Source: an uncultured Treponema sp.
GTDB lineage: Bacteria > Spirochaetota > Spirochaetia > Treponematales > Treponemataceae
Assembly: GCA_964547685.1 (NCBI GenBank)
Contig: CAZJOU010000001.1
Span: 17,911-60,291 of the forward strand
Reading direction: 5' to 3'
Length of the DNA stretch: 42,381 bases
Shown here: in pieces, positions 37,254 to 42,381 of the stretch
Numbering within the stretch: position 1 is the stretch's first letter
Layout of the letters: each line of letters opens with the position of its first letter
The notes under the pieces: generated by a model
Database searches by the model: none
What the model was told of the DNA's origin: nothing
Seen by the model: the letters and a program-made list of their open reading frames with translations, nothing else
Made by a program: the position numbers and the translations under genes

Positions 37254-37823
37254 ACCAAACACAGCGCCCAAGCAAACTACAAAAAACGGATGAAGTTTAA
37301 ATTTTGTTCTTAACCACAAAAATACAAAATATGCGCTAAGATTCATCCAATTAAAAAGTTCTTTCCAGCCAGCAGTTGTACACAAAACTTTTAAGTTTTC
37401 TGGAACAAATAACAAAATATTTAAGCACATATTAACTGCAATAACAAAAATCATTCCTGTTGCTGCTGGACGTAAAAAAATAAAAACTTTTTGAACACAT
37501 TGATTTTCTCTGAATTTAAGAATTATTCGCGCAATAATTAAAATTACAATAATTGAAGGTAAAACTTCGCCAATAGAAGTTATAATTGCACCAGGAACGC
37601 CGTAAAACTTGTAACCTAAAAACGTTGCCATATTTACGCCAACAGGTCCAGGCGTACTTTCCGAAATGGCAATCATATTATAAAACTGCTCTACACTAAT
37701 AAGACCTTTATCTACAATTGTTTGCTGCATTAAAGTAATTGCAACTAAACCGCCACCAATTGTAAAAAGTCCAATATAAAAAAATGTGCAAAAAAGCCAC
37801 AAAAGGCTTACATCATTTGTCAT
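37239..37823 (-). CDS. Short-chain chromate ion transporter (CHR family), second subunit
   Basis: IGLFTIGGG, AISESTPGP and LRPA motifs. Confidence 0.88.
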   Translation of the reverse strand: MTNDVSLLWLFCTFFYIGLFTIGGGLVAITLMQQTIVDKGLISVEQFYNMIAISESTPGPVGVNMATFLGYKFYGVPGAIITSIGEVLPSIIVILIIARIILKFRENQCVQKVFIFLRPAATGMIFVIAVNMCLNILLFVPENLKVLCTTAGWKELFNWMNLSAYFVFLWLRTKFKLHPFFVVCLGAVFGLVFF

Positions 37824-38412
37824 CAGAAGCCTCCGTGTTTTGTGATTCTACAGGAACTTTATTCTTTTTAAATTTCCTTTCTAAAAAATAAACAATTACA
37901 CCAATAACTGCGGCCCCTAAAATTATTATGTAAGATTTTACGTTCAAAAAGAAAATTAATGCAAAAGATGCAAGTAAAAACAAAATACTTACAAAATCTT
38001 TGGAAGTTTTTTTTGCAAAATTAATGGTAGAATCTGTAATTAAAGCGCAAACCGCAACATTAATGCCTTTTAACGCTTTTTGCACATTCGGATAATGGTC
38101 AATAGAATCTATAAGATTTGCTAAAATTGTAATAATTAAAACGCTTGGCGTAATTATTCCTAAGGTTGCAATTATTCCGCCAAGAATTCCGCCTTCTTTG
38201 TAACCTACAAAAGTTGCAACATTTACGGCAATAATTCCAGGCGTAGACTGACCAACTGCGTAATAGTCTAGTATTTCGTCTTCTGTAACCCAATGTTTTT
38301 TATCTATAAGTTCGCTTTGCATCATTGGAAGCATTGCAATTCCGCCACCAAAAGTAAGCGAACCTATTTTTACAAAAGTCCAATAAAGTTCAAGGTAAAT
38401 ATTCTTTTTCAT
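37813..38412 (-). CDS. Short-chain chromate ion transporter (CHR family), first subunit
   Basis: KIGSLTFGGG and GQSTPGIIAVN motifs; paired with the adjacent paralog. Confidence 0.88.
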   Translation of the reverse strand: MKKNIYLELYWTFVKIGSLTFGGGIAMLPMMQSELIDKKHWVTEDEILDYYAVGQSTPGIIAVNVATFVGYKEGGILGGIIATLGIITPSVLIITILANLIDSIDHYPNVQKALKGINVAVCALITDSTINFAKKTSKDFVSILFLLASFALIFFLNVKSYIIILGAAVIGVIVYFLERKFKKNKVPVESQNTEASDDK

Positions 38413-38425
38413 TTCAAGAATAAGA

Positions 38426-39424
38426 TTAACCTTTTACCGCTCCAGCCGCAATACCTTTAATAATGTATTTTTGCAAACCTAAATAGAACGCAATAATTGG
38501 AATAGAAGAAATTGTTAGCGAAGCACACATTGGTCCGTATTCTTTCATAAATTGACCATTAAAACGCATTTGCGCCAACTGAATTGTTCCTTGCTTTGCA
38601 ACAATAAGTGGCAAAAGAAAGTCGTTCCAAATCCACAATGCATCTATTACAGCAACAGTAGCAATAATTGTTTTTATTAGCGGCAAAACAATGCGGAAAA
38701 ATATGTAAAAACGACCTGCTCCGTCCATTGCGGCAGATTCTTCCAATTCTAGCGGAACAGATTTTATAAATCCGTGAAACATAAAAATTGCCGTAGGACA
38801 ACCTAAGCCCCAATACATTGGAATAAGTCCGTGAACGCTCATAAGATGAAGGTCAGACGCAAGAACTCCAATTGGAACCATAATAATCTGGAATGGAATT
38901 ACCAAAGAAAAAGAGAAAAATCCGTATAAAATCCACGAAATTTTTGATTTAGAACGGGCAAGCGCATAAGCACACATTGCAGAAGTTAAAATAATTCCGC
39001 CCGTTCCAAAAACTGTAACTAAAAGTGTGTTCAAAAAAACTTGCGGAAATTTCATTTGAGTCCAAGCTTGAACATAGTTTCCAAAATATAGTTTTAATGG
39101 AATTCCAGTTGGATTTATAATAATGTCCGCATTTGGTCTAAACGAATTTATAATTACAAATATTAGCGGATAAATAAAGAAAACCGCAAAAACTATCATA
39201 ACCGTTGTTAAAATAGTTTCTTTGCTATTCTTTTGTTTTAAGTTCCACTTAAAAAAGTGCTTTTTTTCTTTTGGTTTTGCTACGTTATTCGCTTTTATTT
39301 CTGTATTTTTCTTAGTTTTAGCTTTTGCGCTAACTTTTGCTTTAGTTTGCGCTTTTTCTTTTGTAGCAACTTTTGTTTTTACGCTAGAATTTGTTTTTGC
39401 AAGATTTTTTTTAGTAGTAGCCAT
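38426..39424 (-). CDS. Carbohydrate ABC transporter permease (MalG/MsmG-like) with basic N-terminal extension
   Basis: EAA loop ELEESAAMDGA, WNDFLLP and IIKGIAAGAVKG motifs; TAATG overlap and GGAGG SD. Confidence 0.92.
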   Translation of the reverse strand: MATTKKNLAKTNSSVKTKVATKEKAQTKAKVSAKAKTKKNTEIKANNVAKPKEKKHFFKWNLKQKNSKETILTTVMIVFAVFFIYPLIFVIINSFRPNADIIINPTGIPLKLYFGNYVQAWTQMKFPQVFLNTLLVTVFGTGGIILTSAMCAYALARSKSKISWILYGFFSFSLVIPFQIIMVPIGVLASDLHLMSVHGLIPMYWGLGCPTAIFMFHGFIKSVPLELEESAAMDGAGRFYIFFRIVLPLIKTIIATVAVIDALWIWNDFLLPLIVAKQGTIQLAQMRFNGQFMKEYGPMCASLTISSIPIIAFYLGLQKYIIKGIAAGAVKG

Positions 39425-40953
39425 TATGCTTCAACCTCCTTGCGTTTCATTACATACAACTGAATTCCAGTTATAACTACAATAGCAAAGAACAAAACCA
39501 TTGCCTTTGCAGTAGCCATTCCGGCTTGCTTTAAAGAGAATGCATCAAAATAAATATCCATAACAAATGGAACAGTTCCAGTAGCGTAACCAGTTTGACC
39601 AATCATTGCATAAATAAGGTCAAAACTCTTTAGCGCGTTTGCAATAGTTAAGAAAAGCGAAATTGTTAAAGACGGAATCATAAGTGGAAGCGTAATATAT
39701 CTAAAACGTTGCCAACCAGTTGCGCCATCTATTCTAGCGGCTTCTACAACTTCTGTAGGAATATTCTGAAGCCCTGCAAGATAAACAATCATATAGTAAC
39801 CACAGCCTTGCCAAACAGCAACCAAAACCAAAAGCCATGGAGTTTTATTAGAATCGGAAATCCATTTTTCTATTCCGGTTATTGCTGGCAAAAGTTGAAC
39901 AAAAAGCATTGACCAAATAAGCGCAACAATAATCATAGAAAGAACATTTGGTAAAAAGAAAATTGTTCTTAAAACTTTTTGACCTTTTATTCCTGTGTCC
40001 AAAGCAAGAGCAAGCGCAAAAGCAAGAACGTTAATTCCAATTACAGAAAAAACTGCAAAAAAGATTGTAAAACCAACAACGCCCATATTGTGTTGAACAA
40101 CAACCCAATTTTTAGCAAGAACTTTTTTAATTTTAGAAATTTTTAACATTTCGTTAGAAAGATCCAAAACTTCTGTTTTTTCTGCGTCAGAAAGATTTCC
40201 TTCGTTTGCAAAATCTAAAGCAACATTGTGAATTTCGTAAGCATTTAAATTTAATCCAGTAGATTTTAGCGAACGAATAAAAGAATCTATGCTAGATTCC
40301 GAAACAGAAGTTCCCAATTCTGGCAATTCCCACAAAAAACCAGTAAGTTCAAATTCATCAAATTTTGAATCTAGCTTGTAAAGATTTGTTTTTTCATCAA
40401 ATATATATGCTTCCGAAAGAATCTTAAAATCTTCCGAATTTTTGTCTACACCTTTAAGAACTTCTTTTTGAAAATCTCTTTTAGAAATTACGCGTGGAAG
40501 TTCCGAACTTTCCGTAAATTTTTCTATGCGCATTTTATGCGGATAAAAATCTTTATCTATTTTTCCTGTAAAGATTTTTTTGTAATTTTCCAAACCAACA
40601 CTTTTATAGCGTTCTGGTTCGTAACCAGTTTTTTTTACAATGCGTTCAAGCTTTCTGCGTGTTGCGCCACTAACGCTTTTTCTTTTGTAAGAATTATCAA
40701 CTGGATCATATTCATAAATAGATTGAATATAATTTCTTTGCTTTTGATTTAACTTATTGCTAAAAAGAATTTTAGATTCAAATTCGTTTTTTTCTAGAAT
40801 AATAGGAGTTTTTGGAGTAAGTCCGTCCCAGTTTGTTAAAGAAATTCCAATTCCTCTAAAAAATGGAGTTATAAAAAATATTAAATAAAGAACAAGACAA
40901 GGAATAATGAAAGCCGTAAAATAAAAAACTTTCCTCGATTTTGATTCAACCAT
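39424..40953 (-). CDS. Carbohydrate ABC transporter permease (MalF/MsmF-like) with large extracytoplasmic insertion
   Basis: SLTNWDG, LAGLQNIP and EAARIDGA motifs; ~245 aa hydrophilic insert after TM1. Confidence 0.9.
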   Translation of the reverse strand: MVESKSRKVFYFTAFIIPCLVLYLIFFITPFFRGIGISLTNWDGLTPKTPIILEKNEFESKILFSNKLNQKQRNYIQSIYEYDPVDNSYKRKSVSGATRRKLERIVKKTGYEPERYKSVGLENYKKIFTGKIDKDFYPHKMRIEKFTESSELPRVISKRDFQKEVLKGVDKNSEDFKILSEAYIFDEKTNLYKLDSKFDEFELTGFLWELPELGTSVSESSIDSFIRSLKSTGLNLNAYEIHNVALDFANEGNLSDAEKTEVLDLSNEMLKISKIKKVLAKNWVVVQHNMGVVGFTIFFAVFSVIGINVLAFALALALDTGIKGQKVLRTIFFLPNVLSMIIVALIWSMLFVQLLPAITGIEKWISDSNKTPWLLVLVAVWQGCGYYMIVYLAGLQNIPTEVVEAARIDGATGWQRFRYITLPLMIPSLTISLFLTIANALKSFDLIYAMIGQTGYATGTVPFVMDIYFDAFSLKQAGMATAKAMVLFFAIVVITGIQLYVMKRKEVEA

Positions 40954-40986
40954 AAAAATTAAACCTTAAAAAGTAACAAAAATAAC

Positions 40987-41020
40987 AAAAAAAGTCCGCG
41001 GTTATGCTACCACGGACTTT
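40987..41020 (-). terminator. Intra-operon hairpin/terminator after the binding-protein gene
   Basis: Minus strand reads AAAGTCCGTGGT-AGCATA-ACCGCGGACTTTTTTT (one G-U pair, then a U7 tail). Confidence 0.8.
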
Positions 41021-41033
41021 CTAACCATTCTAA

Positions 41034-42311
41034 CTATTTATTAACAGAAGAAGCCCACTGAGCATCAATTTCTTTAATAACATCTTCGGCAGAACGTTTG
41101 TGCATCATATACTGCTGAGCACCATTCTTACAAGAATCTTCAAATACGTCTGTAGGATATTGGCTAAATGCCCAAGGCGAAGAACCTTTTGCTTCTACAG
41201 AAGCCATAAGATCTACGTAAGGACCACCAAATGCAGAAACATCTACACCTTTAAATGGTGGAATAAGTTTGTAGTCTTCCATCCAAAGTTTTTGACCTTC
41301 TTCTGAAGTAAGCCAATTTAAGAATTTAACTGCAATAGCTTGTTTTTCTGCAGAAGACTGAGAAGAAACACCAAATGTAGAATCTACATCTGCATAGAAA
41401 GTGTTTAATTTAGCATCGTTATAAACTGGGAATGGAATAAAGCCTGCATTAAGATTAGGGTTAAGTTTAAGAGCATCTACATAAGCCCAAAGCCCCTGAA
41501 CCATCATTGCAGATTCGCCTTTAGCAAAAGACTGCTGCTGTTCGCCACCACCCATTTCTGCAGCGTTAGAATTCATATTGTCGCGATAAAAGTCAAGAAT
41601 GCTAAAAAGTTTTGCTGTATCTACAACACCATAAGAAGTTTTTCCAGCGTTCATATCTGCAATAAACTTTTCTACATCAATATTTTTTTCTTTAAGAAGT
41701 GCAGTGTGAACCATTGTAATAAAATGACCCATTGACCAGTTTTCTTTAAGAAGTCCTGCAAATGGAACAATATTGTTTGCTTTTAATGTTCGGCAAGCTT
41801 GTTCAAGTTCACGATAAGTTGTTGGCGCTTTAATTCCAAGTTTGTCAAAAATGTCTTTATTGTAAATAATACCAATTCCGGCATAATCCATTGGAACTGC
41901 ATATTGTTTTCCGTTCCAAGAAACAGCAGGAAGCGAACTTGGAAGAACTTTGCTTAAAGCTTCTTCTTTAGAAAGGTCTAACAAGAAACCTTTAGAAGCA
42001 TATTCTTTAATGCGCGAATAAGACTGCATTTGAAGAATATCTGGCAAATCGCCCTGAGCAGCACGAGCAGACATTGCAGAGTCAGCGTCGTTAGGAATAA
42101 TAAGCATATCAATAGAAACGCCTGGATTTTCACTTTCGAACGCTTTTACAATTTTCTTTAATCCTTCCTGATTTTCCTGCTTGTAATAGTACATTTCAAG
42201 TTTTACAGTTCCAGCAGAAGAAGCAGAACTTGCCCCACCTTTTTTTGAACAGCCTGCAAAAATTCCTGCAATTAAAGCAACTGCAGCAACAGACATTATT
42301 ACCTTTTTCAT
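41034..42311 (-). CDS. Carbohydrate ABC transporter solute-binding lipoprotein (MsmE-like, family 1)
   Basis: Lipobox IFAGC, GDLPDI, GIIYNKDIF and FAKGESAMMVQGLW motifs; GGAGGA SD. Confidence 0.92.
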   Translation of the reverse strand: MKKVIMSVAAVALIAGIFAGCSKKGGASSASSAGTVKLEMYYYKQENQEGLKKIVKAFESENPGVSIDMLIIPNDADSAMSARAAQGDLPDILQMQSYSRIKEYASKGFLLDLSKEEALSKVLPSSLPAVSWNGKQYAVPMDYAGIGIIYNKDIFDKLGIKAPTTYRELEQACRTLKANNIVPFAGLLKENWSMGHFITMVHTALLKEKNIDVEKFIADMNAGKTSYGVVDTAKLFSILDFYRDNMNSNAAEMGGGEQQQSFAKGESAMMVQGLWAYVDALKLNPNLNAGFIPFPVYNDAKLNTFYADVDSTFGVSSQSSAEKQAIAVKFLNWLTSEEGQKLWMEDYKLIPPFKGVDVSAFGGPYVDLMASVEAKGSSPWAFSQYPTDVFEDSCKNGAQQYMMHKRSAEDVIKEIDAQWASSVNK

Positions 42312-42328
42312 TAAATCCTCCGTAAAAG

Positions 42329-42338
42329 ATAACGTTAT
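42329..42338. promoter_or_regulatory. Palindromic LacI/GalR-type operator candidate
   Basis: Perfect palindrome ATAACGTTAT with central CG, immediately downstream of the predicted transcription start. Confidence 0.55.
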
Positions 42339-42346
42339 ATTATTTA

Positions 42347-42375
42347 ATTTTAAGTCTACTTTATATATTTGTCAA
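42347..42375 (-). promoter_or_regulatory. sigma70 promoter of the sugar ABC operon
   Basis: TTGACA (42375-42370)-17 nt-TAAAAT (42352-42347). Confidence 0.85.
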
Positions 42376-42381
42376 AAAAAA

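Noticed and set aside
37239-38412. Two adjacent half-size chromate transporter genes as a split pseudogene
   Set aside because: Paired short-chain CHR genes are a known functional arrangement, and both ORFs are intact with their own motifs.
421-41306. Many short (60-152 aa) ORFs antisense to or overlapping the main genes (e.g. 5890-6348, 21168-21575, 29132-29584, 30499-30855, 34057-34473)
   Set aside because: They lie opposite or within well-supported genes, lack recognisable motifs or RBSs, and are explained by codon-bias shadows. The His-rich 30499-30855 ORF is just the antisense of the FliY Met repeats.
7522-42311. About 35 kb of genes all on the minus strand
   Set aside because: Expected for large operons co-oriented with replication; internal promoters and terminators show it is not a single unit.

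Overview
AT-rich chromosomal window, most likely from a gut/rumen Treponema (inferred from protein families and gene order, not from a search). It is mostly housekeeping. In order it contains: (i) a cell-surface glycan cluster at 62-7462, with a divergent Wzi-like outer-membrane protein, two GT4 glycosyltransferases, a WbaP-type priming phosphotransferase and an unusual single-POTRA Omp85-like protein; (ii) a TPR-like gene and ispG; (iii) a V/A-type ATPase operon (E, DUF2764, A, B, D, I, K) whose K subunit has a Na+-binding signature; (iv) a ~17.5 kb flagellar cluster (flbD-motAB-fliLMYOPQR-flhBAFG-hyp-fliA-fapA-hyp-hyp) behind a sigma28-like promoter; (v) a stand-alone FMN adenylyltransferase, a nucleotidyltransferase, deoD, a split chromate-transporter pair and a sugar ABC transporter with a LacI-type operator. 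I found no transposase, phage, CRISPR, tRNA or rRNA. No clearly new system can be proven from sequence alone. The best leads are the Omp85/Wzi-flanked glycan module, a possible Na+ circuit linking the ATPase and the flagellar stator, a GTCATT-tagged REP-like repeat family, a GC-rich structured intergenic element, three candidate leaderless genes and a Prp-like cleavage motif on FlhB.
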